DNA from: an uncultured Candidatus Rokubacteria bacterium
Lineage (GTDB): Bacteria > Methylomirabilota > Methylomirabilia > Rokubacteriales > DASRDR01
NCBI GenBank assembly: GCA_963708025.1
Contig: CAVPSB010000038.1
Location: 1-48,869, forward strand
DNA length: 48,869 nucleotides
Direction of reading: 5' to 3'
This document shows, piece after piece, positions 31,151-40,596 of this stretch. A program made the position numbers and the translations under genes. Under the pieces are notes generated by a model. The model was not told the DNA's origin. It saw nothing but the letters and a program-made list of their open reading frames with translations, and did not search any database. Position 1 is the stretch's first letter; each line of letters begins with the position of its first letter.

Positions 31151-31153
31151 GGC

Positions 31154-31723
31154 GTGGAGCTGAACCCGAACGCGTTGAGCAAGTACGGGCTCGGGCTCGA
31201 AGACGTGCGCACCGTGCTGAGCGCGACTAACGTGAATCGACCCAAGGGACAGCTGGCCGACGGCACTCGGGCCTGGGAGATCCAGACCAACGACCAGCTC
31301 CGCAAGGCCGCGGAGTACGCTCCGCTCATCGTCGCCTATCGATCCGGGCAGGCGGTGCGGCTCGCCGACGTGGCCAGCGTCGACGACGCGGTCGAGGACC
31401 TCCGGACGGCCGGGCTCGTCAACGGCCGGCCCGCGGTGATGCTGGTCATCTTCCGGCAGCCCGGCGCCAATATCATCGGCACCGTCGATCGCGTCCGCGC
31501 TCTGATCCCGCAGCTCCAGGCGTCGATTCCCGGCGCCATCGATCTGGCGGTGGTCCTCGATCGCAGCACGACGACCCGGACGTCCCTGCACGAGGTCGAG
31601 CGGACCCTCGTGACCTCGGCCGTGCTGGTGACGCTCGTGGTGTTCGTCTTCCTGCGAAGCGTCCGGACCACGATCATCCCCGCCGTGGCGGTGCCCGTCT
31701 CGCTCGCCGGCACCTTCGGCGTG
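31154..31723 (+). pseudogene. mdtC: Internal fragment of MdtC RND permease
   Basis: [19 protein letters not shown]...[13 protein letters not shown]...[17 protein letters not shown]. Confidence 0.8.
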
Positions 31724-32933
31724 ACCCGCGCCGGCTACTTTCCGACGGCCGCGGCCGGGGCCTCCGTGAACCGCTCGCGTCAATCCTCGAACGTGGGCGG
31801 AGTGTCGGGCGCCGGCGGAAGCGTCTCGGCGCCGGGCCGCACCACGACGGAGTACGCGTTGCCCCTCGACGTGGCCTGGGAGCTCGATCTGTGGGGGCGG
31901 ATCCGGCGGACGGTCGAGTCCAGCCGGGCGAGCGCGCAGGCCGGCGCGGCCGACCTCGAAGCGGCTCGCCTGAGCGCCCAGGCCGAGCTGGCCCAGGACT
32001 ACTTCGAGCTGCGCGCGCTCGATCGGCAGAAGCAGTTGCTGGACGCGACGGTCTCGGCCTACGAGAAAGTCCCTCGAGCTGACCCGCAACCGGTACGCGG
32101 GCGGCGTGGCGTCCCGGGTAGACGTGGCCCAGGCGGAGACGCAGCTCGAGACCGCCCGGGCGCAGGCGATCGACGTCGGCGTCCAGCGCGCCCTGCTGGA
32201 GCACGCGATCGCGGTGCTCGTCGGAGCCCCCCCGGCGGGCCTCTCGATTCCGGTGGCCCCGCTGGCCACGGTGCCGCCCCCCATCCCCGCCGGCGTGCCC
32301 TCGGTGCTCCTCGATCGCCGCCCCGACATCGCGGGCGCCGAGCGTCGGGTCGCGGCGGCGAACGCCCAGATCGGGGTCGCCCAGGCCGCCTTCTATCCGA
32401 CCATCACGCTGAGCGCCTCGGGCGGCCTCGTCAGCTCGGCGCTGTCCACGCTGTTCGCGTGGCCCAGTCGCGTCTGGGCGATCGGGGCGGCGATCTCGGC
32501 CACCGTGTTCGACGGGGGCTTGCGGCGGGCGCAGACCGACCAGGCGCGGGCGGTCCATGACGCGACGGTGGCGTCCTATCGGCAGACGGTGCTGACCGGA
32601 TTTCAAGAGGTGGAGGACAATCTCGCCACGCTCCGCATCCTCGCGGAAGAGGCGCAGGTGCAGGACGACGCGGTGAAGTCCGCCCAGGAGTCCGTGACGC
32701 TGACCACGAACCAGTACAAGGCCGGGACCGTGAGCTACCTCAACGTGATCACGGCGCAGACGATCGCCCTGACCAACCAGATCACCGCGGTCGAGATCCT
32801 GGGCCGGCGGATGACGGCGGGCGTCCTCCTGATCAGGGCGCTGGGCGGCGGCTGGGATGCCTCACGCCTCCCCTCCGCCCAGGAGGTGACTCGCGACGAC
32901 TCGCGCCGGGGAGCCGCCCGGGACCGTCGGTGA
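31724..32933 (+). pseudogene. Outer membrane efflux factor (NodT/OprM family), 5'-truncated and frameshifted
   Basis: [11 protein letters not shown], frameshift at ~32070, [36 protein letters not shown]. Confidence 0.85.
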
Positions 32934-32966
32934 GAAAGGTTTCATGCTGGTCTCATCACTCTCTCA
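32931..32966 (+). promoter_or_regulatory. TGA-N8-TCA-N8-TCA-N8-TCA box
   Basis: Triplets start at 32931, 32942, 32953 and 32964. Confidence 0.6.
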
Positions 32967-33032
32967 TTCAGCCGGTGTACCGTCTCGACAGGATCGGGAA
33001 GAGGCGGCGAGAGGTTCGGCGACACGGGCGAT

Positions 33033-33332
33033 CATGACGGTCCCACCCACGGGATACACTCCGGCGGCAGCGCCGTCGAGGCGGCCGAGCGACCCGGGAA
33101 TCCCCCGCGTCCGACCGGTGGCCCGGGGCGCGCGTCTCGATCCGCCCTGGACCAGAGTGGCCCGGGGCCTCGGACTGGCCGTCGTCCTCCTGGTGGCGCG
33201 GAGACCGGCCCGGTGAGCCGAGCGTGCCGGTGCAACCCGAACCTCACGATCAGCGGCATCGCCGGCTACGCCATCCCCGACCAGGGCGACGCCGCCTGGG
33301 CGGCGACGTTCCGGACTCAGTTCGCCTTCTAG
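33033..33332 (+). pseudogene. Probable collapsed outer-membrane beta-barrel gene (leader plus last beta-strands)
   Basis: A hydrophobic leader RVARGLGLAVVLLVA is followed by NPNLTISGIAGYAIPDQGDAAWAATFRTQFAF* (33234-33332), ending in a beta-signal-like F-x-F. Confidence 0.45.
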
Positions 33333-33366
33333 TCATGCGCCGCTCGCGAAGGCGCCCCGGGAGGTC

Positions 33367-34125
33367 TTGGTGGTGCGAGGGCCCGCGCGATTCTGGGTCC
33401 CCGAGCCGGGCGCGGGCACGAAGCTGAGCGGCTCCGAGCGGCGGCGCGCCGCGGCGTACGTCGTGGCCGCGGTCGCCGTCGTGATGCTCGTGGCTGGCTA
33501 CGGCGCCTGGCGCTGGCACGGGCGCGGGGCTCCCGAGGCCGCCGCCCGGCTCGTCGCGGAAGGCCAGTATCGGGCCGCGATCCGCGTCTTGCAGGCGCGT
33601 CTGGCCATGGCGCCGGGCGACGCCCGGCTTCACTACTACCTCGGGCTGGCCTACGCGGGGGCGGATGTCCGGGACGGCGCGATCAACCAGCTCCGCGAGG
33701 CGGTTGACCTGGCACCCCACGAGGCGCCCTACCATCAGGCGCTCGGTCAAGCCTACCGGGAGGCCGGGGATCTGGAGCGAGCGCGGGGAGAGCTGGAGGA
33801 GGCGGTCCGACTGGACCCGGCCGACCCGGGGTACGAGGCGAGCCTCGCGAGCCTGATGCTCGACCAGGGGGAGACCGACGCCGCGCTGGCACGTCTCCGC
33901 CATGCGGTCGAACAGCACTCCCGGGAGCCGGAGCTGCGATTTCTCCTGGCCGAGGCGCTCGGACAGGCCGGGGACCGCGATGGAATGCTCCACGAGTACC
34001 GCGAGGTCACCCGGCTGGCCGCGGGGCGTCCGCTCGCCGAGGCTGCCCGCCAGGAGCTGCGCGCCGCGGTCAGGACCGAGCGGAGCCAGACGGGGGCCGG
34101 GTCCCTTCACCACCACATACCCTAG
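33367..34125 (+). CDS. Membrane-anchored tetratricopeptide repeat protein
   Basis: One TM segment, then TPR units (LHYYLGLAY, YHQALGQAYREAGDLERA, LRFLLAEAL). Start uncertain. Confidence 0.8.
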   Translation: MVVRGPARFWVPEPGAGTKLSGSERRRAAAYVVAAVAVVMLVAGYGAWRWHGRGAPEAAARLVAEGQYRAAIRVLQARLAMAPGDARLHYYLGLAYAGADVRDGAINQLREAVDLAPHEAPYHQALGQAYREAGDLERARGELEEAVRLDPADPGYEASLASLMLDQGETDAALARLRHAVEQHSREPELRFLLAEALGQAGDRDGMLHEYREVTRLAAGRPLAEAARQELRAAVRTERSQTGAGSLHHHIP

Positions 34126-34135
34126 CGAAGGCCCA

Positions 34136-34273
34136 TGAAAGTCGCATGAGAGGACGGTGAGACTTTCCTCAGTTCGACGGAAGGCCGCCGATCGAAGAGG
34201 GGGGCGCCGGTCCGATGCGGGGCGAGTCGTCCAGCGGTGAGAGCTTTCTCATCTGCGGCTCATCTCGCGCTCA
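34136..34273. promoter_or_regulatory. Two divergent 11-bp-periodic boxes
   Basis: TGA at 34136/34147/34158 plus TCA at 34169. TGA at 34238 plus TCA at 34249/34260/34271. Confidence 0.6.
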
Positions 34274-34346
34274 CCTTCGGCCGGCAATCTGCTGGAGGGC
34301 CCCGCGCCGGCGTTCCAGGGCGTCCGGGCCGGCGCGGAGAGACGCG

Positions 34347-34637
34347 ATGATACCTGGCTGGCTCGACGAGATCGAGCGAGAAGTCGTGAGCTGTCTCGGC
34401 GGAGGGAGCCTGCACCCTCATGATCTGGCAGGCCGCCTGGGAGTGTCGGAGCGGTGCGCGATCGGTTACATCACGATGCTGGCGCTGGCGGGTCGGCTCG
34501 TCATCGAGCTGGTGGCACCGCCACCCGGCGGGGGAACGGAGGAGCCGCCATCGTCCACGGTGGGGTCACCCCGGCCGGCAGCCGAGCCCACGTCGCGCCC
34601 GGTCCCCGAGGAGGGCCCGCTCGACCACGGCGCCTGA
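34347..34637 (+). CDS. Small winged-HTH-like hypothetical protein
   Basis: WLDEIEREVVSCLGGGSLHPHDLAGRLGVSERCAIGYITMLALAGRLVI, with a GGAG RBS. Confidence 0.6.
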   Translation: MIPGWLDEIEREVVSCLGGGSLHPHDLAGRLGVSERCAIGYITMLALAGRLVIELVAPPPGGGTEEPPSSTVGSPRPAAEPTSRPVPEEGPLDHGA

Positions 34638-34768
34638 GGCCGGCGCGGGCCTGGCCGTGTCTCGATCGGCGCCGGTGGCCCCAGGCGGTCCATCCACGCC
34701 GGCCGGTGATGCTATCATGAACCCGGCGGAAAATACCGGCGCACTCCTTCACGCCGTCGCCGCCTGAC

Positions 34769-35446
34769 ATGCGCATTCTGGTGGTCGAGGACGAGCGCAA
34801 GGTCGCCAGCTTCATCCGGCAGGGGCTGGAGGAGGAAGGGCACGCGGTCGAGGTGGCCGGAGACGGGGACGCGGCCCTCGAGCTGATCCTCGACGATCGT
34901 CCCTACGATCTCATCGTGCTCGACGTCATGCTCCCCCGCCGCGACGGCTTCAAGGTGCTGAAGGCGCTGCGCGAGCAGAGCGTCCGGAGCCCGGTCCTCC
35001 TGCTCACCGCCCGCGACACCGTGCACGACAAGGTCATGGGGCTCGACCTCGGCGCCGACGACTACCTGACGAAGCCTTTCGCGTTCGAGGAGTTCCTGGC
35101 ACGCGTCCGGGCCCTGCTCCGCCGCGCGACGGCCGCCCGGGCGCCGGTGCTGCGGCTCGCCGATCTCACGCTCGATCCCGCCACCCGCGAGGTCGTCCGG
35201 GGCGGCCGGCGCATCACGCTCACCGCCCGCGAGTACGCCCTGCTCGAGTACTTCCTGCGCAACGTCGGGCGAGTCCTGACCCGCCCGATGATCTCGGAGC
35301 ACGTCTGGGGTCTCGACTTCGACACCGAGACCAACATCATCGACGTTTACGTCGGCTACCTGCGGCGGAAGATCGACACCGAGAGGGAGCCGCCGCTCCT
35401 GCACACGGTCCGGGGCGCCGGCTATCTCGTCAAGGCCGACCCGTGA
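34769..35446 (+). CDS. OmpR-family response regulator (CusR/CzcR-like)
   Basis: MRILVVEDE, LDVMLP, GADDYLTKPF, NIIDVYVGYLRRKID, HTVRGAGY. Confidence 0.96.
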   Translation: MRILVVEDERKVASFIRQGLEEEGHAVEVAGDGDAALELILDDRPYDLIVLDVMLPRRDGFKVLKALREQSVRSPVLLLTARDTVHDKVMGLDLGADDYLTKPFAFEEFLARVRALLRRATAARAPVLRLADLTLDPATREVVRGGRRITLTAREYALLEYFLRNVGRVLTRPMISEHVWGLDFDTETNIIDVYVGYLRRKIDTEREPPLLHTVRGAGYLVKADP

Positions 35447-36954
35447 GGTGGCGCCGGCGGCCGTTCACCATCCGAACCCGGCTCACGCTCTGGTACGCCG
35501 GCCTCCTGCTGGCGATCCTGCTGGTCGTGAGCGGGCTCTCGTACGCCCTGCTCCGCCGGAGCCTGCTGCGGGATGTCGACGCGTCGCTGCAGATCGTCGC
35601 GCACGTCATTCGCGACACGGGCTACTCGCCCACCGGCCAGACGGGGGCGGTACCCGAGGCCACCGTATACGAGCTCCTGGGGCTCGAGTTCTACGACACC
35701 TTTTTCCAGCTCCGGGACCCGCAGGGCAGCCCGGGGGTGGGGTCGAGCCAGCTTCGCGGCCGCTCGATGCCGCTCTCGGAGACGGCGGGGCGGAACGCGG
35801 CCGAGGGGCGGCCGACGTTCGAGACCGTTCAGCTCGCGGCCGGGGAGTCCGTCCGGCTCCTCACGATGCCCATCGCGCGGGACGGGCGCCTCGTCCAGCT
35901 CGTGCAGGTCGGGACCGGGCTCCAGGACACGGAGCAGACCCTGTTCCGGTACCTGGAGACGCTGCTGGTGCTGGTCCCGGTGGGACTCGCCCTGGCCACG
36001 GCCGGCGGGGCGGCGATCACGGGCGCCGCGCTGCGGCCCATCACGGAGATCTCGCGGACCGCGCGGCGCATCACCGCCGAAGACCTCAGCCTGCGCATCC
36101 GGACGCGCCTGACCGGGGACGAGCTCGACCACCTGGTCGAGACCCTCAACGCCATGCTCGCGCGGCTGGACGACGCCTTCGCCCAGATGCGGCGGTACGC
36201 CGCCGACGCGGCGCACGAGCTGCGGACGCCCCTCGCCGTGCTCAAGGGCGGCATCGAGGTGGCCCTGCGGGCGCCCCGGCCGGCCGAGGAGTACCGCCGA
36301 GTGCTCGAGTCGAGTCTCGAGGAGGTCGAACGGCTGATCCGCCTCGCCGAGGACCTGCTGCTCCTGTCCCGGATCTCCGCCGACATCGGGGTCGGCCTCC
36401 CGGCGGCGCGGCAGCGGGTCGAGCTGGAGCCGGTCGTGCTGGACGTGCTCGACGCCGGCACCCAGCTCGCGCACGGCACCGGCGTGATCCTGCGGCTCGG
36501 CGACTGCACGCCGGCGGTCGTCGTCGGAGATGCCGCGGACCTGCGGCGGGCCGCGCTCAACCTCGTGGACAACGCGGTGAAATACACGCCGGCCGGCGGG
36601 AGGGTCGAGCTGGCCCTCGCCGTCGCCGACGGGTGGGGCTCGATCGTGGTCCGGGACACCGGGCCGGGCATCGACCCGGCCGACGCCGAGCGGATCTTCC
36701 AGCCCTTCGTCCGGCTGGACGGGGCCCGGGGCGGGGCGACCGGGGGCAGCGGCCTGGGACTCTCGATCGCTCGCTCGATCGTGCTGGCCCACGGGGGCCG
36801 CCTCACCCTCGAGAGCGCGCCGGGGGCGGGCAGTCGGTTCCTCATCCACCTGCCGCTGGCCACCCCCGCCGGTCGGATGGCCCCGCTCCCGGGTCGCGTC
36901 GATCCGCCACCCGGCGGTCGCGGTCCCGGGCCGGTGGGCTCCTCCTCGACCTGA
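35443..36954 (+). CDS. HAMP-domain sensor histidine kinase
   Basis: Two TM segments, HAMP (DELDHLVETLNAML), H-box HELRTPL, NLVDNAVKY, DTGPGI, GSGLGLSI. Start overlaps the RR stop (GTGA). Confidence 0.95.
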   Translation: MRWRRRPFTIRTRLTLWYAGLLLAILLVVSGLSYALLRRSLLRDVDASLQIVAHVIRDTGYSPTGQTGAVPEATVYELLGLEFYDTFFQLRDPQGSPGVGSSQLRGRSMPLSETAGRNAAEGRPTFETVQLAAGESVRLLTMPIARDGRLVQLVQVGTGLQDTEQTLFRYLETLLVLVPVGLALATAGGAAITGAALRPITEISRTARRITAEDLSLRIRTRLTGDELDHLVETLNAMLARLDDAFAQMRRYAADAAHELRTPLAVLKGGIEVALRAPRPAEEYRRVLESSLEEVERLIRLAEDLLLLSRISADIGVGLPAARQRVELEPVVLDVLDAGTQLAHGTGVILRLGDCTPAVVVGDAADLRRAALNLVDNAVKYTPAGGRVELALAVADGWGSIVVRDTGPGIDPADAERIFQPFVRLDGARGGATGGSGLGLSIARSIVLAHGGRLTLESAPGAGSRFLIHLPLATPAGRMAPLPGRVDPPPGGRGPGPVGSSST

Positions 36955-37048
36955 CCGGGCCGTCAGGCCCCGGCTGGACCTCCCCACCCGAGCGCCCGCC
37001 GGAGCATGTTCACCCATACCAGCCCGAGCGGCACGGACAGAGCCGGGA

Positions 37049-37084
37049 TGAGTCCATTTTCATGCGCCTCTCACCCTCCTCTCA
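37049..37084 (+). promoter_or_regulatory. TGA-N8-TCA-N8-TCA-N8-TCA box
   Basis: Triplets start at 37049, 37060, 37071 and 37082. Confidence 0.6.
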
Positions 37085-37209
37085 TCTCGTTCCGTTAGGC
37101 TCCGTGGTTGATAGATCCCGTCACCGCGTCATGGCATCCAGTACTCCTCCCCGCCGTCATCATGGCGTAGCACGCGACGTGTACGCTCCGCTTCGCTGAG
37201 GACCCGGAC

Positions 37210-37524
37210 ATGAAGACCCTCTTGATCGCGCTGCAGGCCAGCCCAACCGATCTCGCCCGGCTGATTGAGCACGTCGTGAGCCACCGCCGGCCCGCGCTGT
37301 GGGTTGACCAGGCGACGGTGACCACTTGGCAGACGCGCGCCCCTGAAGCCTGGCGTGAGGCATCCGCCTGGCTGGCCCAGCGCGGGATCCCGATCGTCGT
37401 CATTTCCGCTTCGGGGGCAAGGGCCGAAGAGCCGCTTCGGCACGCGGGCGAGACGCCGGGACGCGTCTCATGTTTGTTACACTGCACGGCGTGCCCGTCG
37501 AGCCCCGCCCCGCCGCCTCCGTGA
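37210..37524 (+). CDS. Hypothetical protein
   Basis: ATG with a GAGG RBS. The first ~65 aa look globular. The 3' end overlaps the next gene. Confidence 0.45.
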   Translation: MKTLLIALQASPTDLARLIEHVVSHRRPALWVDQATVTTWQTRAPEAWREASAWLAQRGIPIVVISASGARAEEPLRHAGETPGRVSCLLHCTACPSSPAPPPP

Positions 37525-38291
37525 TCCTCGTCCGTCCCGGCCACACGGCGCCCCTGGAGTGCTACCTGATCCGCCGCGCCGCCGCGATGCGCTTCCTCGG
37601 CGGCTACTACGCCTTCCCGGGCGGCAAGGTGGACCTCGCCGACCAGCGGGCCGAGGCCCTGGCCCGGGTGCGCGGGCTCGCCACCGAGGCCGCCACCGCC
37701 CGGGTCGGCGACGCCGACGACGCCGTGCCCGCGCTCGCCTACTGGCTGACCGCGGTTCGCGAGCTCTTCGAGGAGACGGGGCTGCTCCTCGCCGTGGACG
37801 GCGCCGGCCGCCCGGTCGAGCCGGCGGCCCCCGGGGTCGCCGACCGGCTCGAGGGCCATCGCCGGGCGCTGGTCCGCGGCGAGCGGTCCTTCACCGCCAT
37901 CCTGGGCGCCGAGGGCTGGCTCGCCGACGTCACGCCTCTCGCCTATCTCTCGCACTTCATCACCCCGCCATCGAGCCCGATCCGCTTCAGCGCGCGCTTC
38001 TTCCTCTGTCCGCTCCCGGCCGGGCAGACCCCCCGGGTCATCCTGGAAGAGGCTTCAGAGGGGCTGTGGGCGACACCGGCTGACGCCTACGCTCGCTTCC
38101 GGGCTGGGGAGTGGCCGATGGCCGAGCCGGCCGAGTACGGCACCCAGTACCTCGCCCAGTTCCCGTCGTACCAGGCGCTCTGGGCGAACCACGACGACGG
38201 CCGCCACAAGTTTCACGGGATCATCCATCGGCCCGGCGCCGCGCTTCCCGCCCCGGCCGACCGGGACACGGTGGCCCAGCCCCGTGCCTGA
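37470..38291 (+). CDS. NUDIX hydrolase (NUDT19-like)
   Basis: PRPAASVILVR, FPGGKVD...AVRELFEETG, HFITP, RFSARFF. True start may be GTG 37491. Confidence 0.9.
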   Translation: MFVTLHGVPVEPRPAASVILVRPGHTAPLECYLIRRAAAMRFLGGYYAFPGGKVDLADQRAEALARVRGLATEAATARVGDADDAVPALAYWLTAVRELFEETGLLLAVDGAGRPVEPAAPGVADRLEGHRRALVRGERSFTAILGAEGWLADVTPLAYLSHFITPPSSPIRFSARFFLCPLPAGQTPRVILEEASEGLWATPADAYARFRAGEWPMAEPAEYGTQYLAQFPSYQALWANHDDGRHKFHGIIHRPGAALPAPADRDTVAQPRA

Positions 38292-39132
38292 GTTCCGCCC
38301 GCCCGACTTCCCGACGACCGCCCGGCTCACCCCGCGGGTGCGCCGCGTCCTCGGGCTCAATCCCGGGCTCATGACCGGCCCCGGCACCAACACCTACCTG
38401 GTCGGCGAGCGCCGGCCCATCCTCCTCGACACCGGCGCCGGCCTGCCGGAGTACCTGCCGCTCCTCGGCGGGTTTCTCGCGAGCGAGCGCCTCGACGAGG
38501 TCACGCGCGTCGTCCTGACGCATCGGCATCGGGACCACATGGGCGGGGTCCTCGACGTCCGCCGACTCTACCCGCGAATCCCCGTGGGCAAGCTCGTCGT
38601 CAACGACGCGACCCTCCCCGTCCCGATGGAGCCGATCCAGGAGGGCACGGTGATCCGCGGGGACGGCGTGACGCTGCGCGCGCTCCACACCCCGGGGCAC
38701 GCCTCCGACCACGTGAGCTACTACCTGGAGGAGGAGCGCGCCCTCTTCACCGGCGATCTCATCCTGGGCGGCTCCACCACCGTCATCCCGCCCGACGACG
38801 GCGACCTCGGGGTCTACCTGGCCTCGCTGCGGCGGCTCCTCGACGTGGACATCCAGCGCATCTATCCGGGCCACGGGCCGGTCCTGGAGCCGGCGCGGCC
38901 GGTCATCGAGCAGTACATCGCGCACCGCCTCGACCGGGAGCGGCAGATCCTGGCGGCCCTGGGCGCGGGGGCGGAGACGGTCGGCGAGATCGTGGCGCGC
39001 GTCTACCGGGAGGTGGCGCCGGCGCTCCACCCGGTGGCCCGGCTGTCGGTCGAGTCACACCTGGTGAAGCTCGAGCGCGAGGAGCGCGTGACCCGCCTCC
39101 CGGGCGACCCCGGGCGCTACCGCGTGACCTGA
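38284..39132 (+). CDS. MBL-fold metallo-hydrolase (LACTB2-like) with C-terminal winged helix
   Basis: NPGLMTGPGTNTYL, THRHRDH, TPGHASDH, FTGD, PGHG, YIAHRLDRERQI. Confidence 0.93.
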   Translation: MPEFRPPDFPTTARLTPRVRRVLGLNPGLMTGPGTNTYLVGERRPILLDTGAGLPEYLPLLGGFLASERLDEVTRVVLTHRHRDHMGGVLDVRRLYPRIPVGKLVVNDATLPVPMEPIQEGTVIRGDGVTLRALHTPGHASDHVSYYLEEERALFTGDLILGGSTTVIPPDDGDLGVYLASLRRLLDVDIQRIYPGHGPVLEPARPVIEQYIAHRLDRERQILAALGAGAETVGEIVARVYREVAPALHPVARLSVESHLVKLEREERVTRLPGDPGRYRVT

Positions 39133-39145
39133 GGATCGGTCTCCG

Positions 39146-39544
39146 TCACGCCTCCCGCTTGCCCGGAGACATGAGCGGCTGGCTGGCCTGCTCGGCCCGC
39201 TCGACCGCCTCGCGCATGGTCGCCACCGCCTGGGCCAGCTGCTCGTTCACCTGCTGGAGGGATGACAGCAGGTCCCCTGGAACCGGCACGGCGTAAGCCT
39301 GGCCCGCGCCTGTCTCCTGGGGCACGAGCAAGACATCGAGAGTCGGCCCCGGAGCCCGCCGGCGCTCCGGGGTCGTGTCGGGTTGACTCGACGGGACGCC
39401 CCCGCCTCGGCGATCCCAGATGACCTGGACCAGCTCGGCGAGCGCCGCGAAGTGCCCCTGGAGTGCGTGGAACGCGTGAGTCTTGTCTCGCGGCACCACG
39501 ACCAGGTAGGAGGGCCTGGCAGTCGTCACCACCGATCGGGTCAT
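39146..39544 (-). CDS. Hypothetical protein with a VIWDRR...ERR motif
   Basis: YLVVVPRD...VQVIWDRR...PERRR with a coiled C-terminus. Starts 1 nt after the upstream gene's stop. Confidence 0.6.
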   Translation of the reverse strand: MTRSVVTTARPSYLVVVPRDKTHAFHALQGHFAALAELVQVIWDRRGGGVPSSQPDTTPERRRAPGPTLDVLLVPQETGAGQAYAVPVPGDLLSSLQQVNEQLAQAVATMREAVERAEQASQPLMSPGKREA

Positions 39545-39545
39545 T

Positions 39546-39845
39546 TCACGTGGAGCCCGGGCCCGGCTCGCCGATCGTGGTGTCGAGCAGGACGGCCTGG
39601 ATCGGGACCCCCATCGTCTCTGCCACCGTGAAGCCGTGGGTGTGCCACGCGACGTCTGGCTCGGCTCGACGCTGGTGGTGCCGGCGCTCGAGCGGGACCT
39701 GCCGGAGGAGCACACGTCGCTCACGCCCCCGGCGATCGAACATGACGGAGGTTCCCGGCGGCCAGCGATCCGGGGCAGCCAGGATTCTCTTGAAGGTGTC
39801 ACCGTCGCCACGCCGGATGACGATCAGCCGGGCAGGCAGTCGCAT
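39546..39845 (-). CDS. Hypothetical protein with a DRR..ERR...ERR..QRR motif
   Basis: LIVIRRGD...VMFDRRGRERR...LERRHHQRR...WHTHGFTV. Confidence 0.65.
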   Translation of the reverse strand: MRLPARLIVIRRGDGDTFKRILAAPDRWPPGTSVMFDRRGRERRVLLRQVPLERRHHQRRAEPDVAWHTHGFTVAETMGVPIQAVLLDTTIGEPGPGST

Positions 39846-40114
39846 GGCCAGCGGCCAGCGTGAAGCCTCTGCCGGCGTGGCGTCAAGCTGAAAGTATTTG
39901 CACATCCGGGGCCGGGCGGCGTGAACGCCTGCGGCACGGGACAGGAGGTATCCCGAGCGCGACCCGCGGGTGTGGGTGCGCCCGCCGAGACTCATCGACT
40001 CACCCCGTATCGCTTCGCTGACACGAGCGCATGGCCCGTTGCGCCAACCCCGCGATCTTCCGTGTGAGCGCGCGTGTCGCAGCCCTGGCATTCCCATTGC
40101 TCTGTCCCCTCGCC

Positions 40115-40579
40115 ATGTGGACTCGGACGGCGGGATCCGGCGAGCGCGGCGTCACCCTGGTCGAACTAGCCACCGTACTGGCCGTCCTGGCCGTCGGCGC
40201 CGGGCTCATCGCTCCCGAAGCCGGGCGGGCCCTCTCGAGCTACCACGCGACCGGGGCCGCCCGCGACCTGTACGGCGCCCTCCACCTGACACGCGCCCGG
40301 GCCCGGACCACCGGCGTCATGCACGCGCTCGTCATCGAGCGAGACGGCCGCACCGTGCGGATCGTGGAGGATCCCACCGGCGACGCCCGGACGGTGGCCG
40401 GGCCCTGGCGCATGCTGGAGGGCGTGGTCGTCTCCGGCAACACGACGATCCGCTTCTCGCCGAAGGGGTTCGCGGTGCCCTTCGGGACCATCACCGTGCG
40501 GGCAGGCGACGAGACCCGCCGCCTCGTCGTGAACCTGCTGGGCCGCGTGCGAATGGACGACGGTCGGATACCCCGATGA
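40115..40579 (+). CDS. GspH/FimT-family prepilin (type IV N-methylation motif)
   Basis: ERG|VTLVEL cleavage site with Glu+5, a hydrophobic helix, AARDL...L..TRARA, IRFSPKG, VNLLGRVR. Confidence 0.85.
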   Translation: MWTRTAGSGERGVTLVELATVLAVLAVGAGLIAPEAGRALSSYHATGAARDLYGALHLTRARARTTGVMHALVIERDGRTVRIVEDPTGDARTVAGPWRMLEGVVVSGNTTIRFSPKGFAVPFGTITVRAGDETRRLVVNLLGRVRMDDGRIPR

Positions 40580-40596
40580 CCCGGGAGGACAGGGAC

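Noticed and set aside
28657-32560. ORF-track proteins of 514, 631 and 782 aa as novel RND fusion proteins
   Set aside because: Each is out-of-frame sequence joined to pieces of MdtB, MdtC or OMF. Deletions and frameshifts explain them better.
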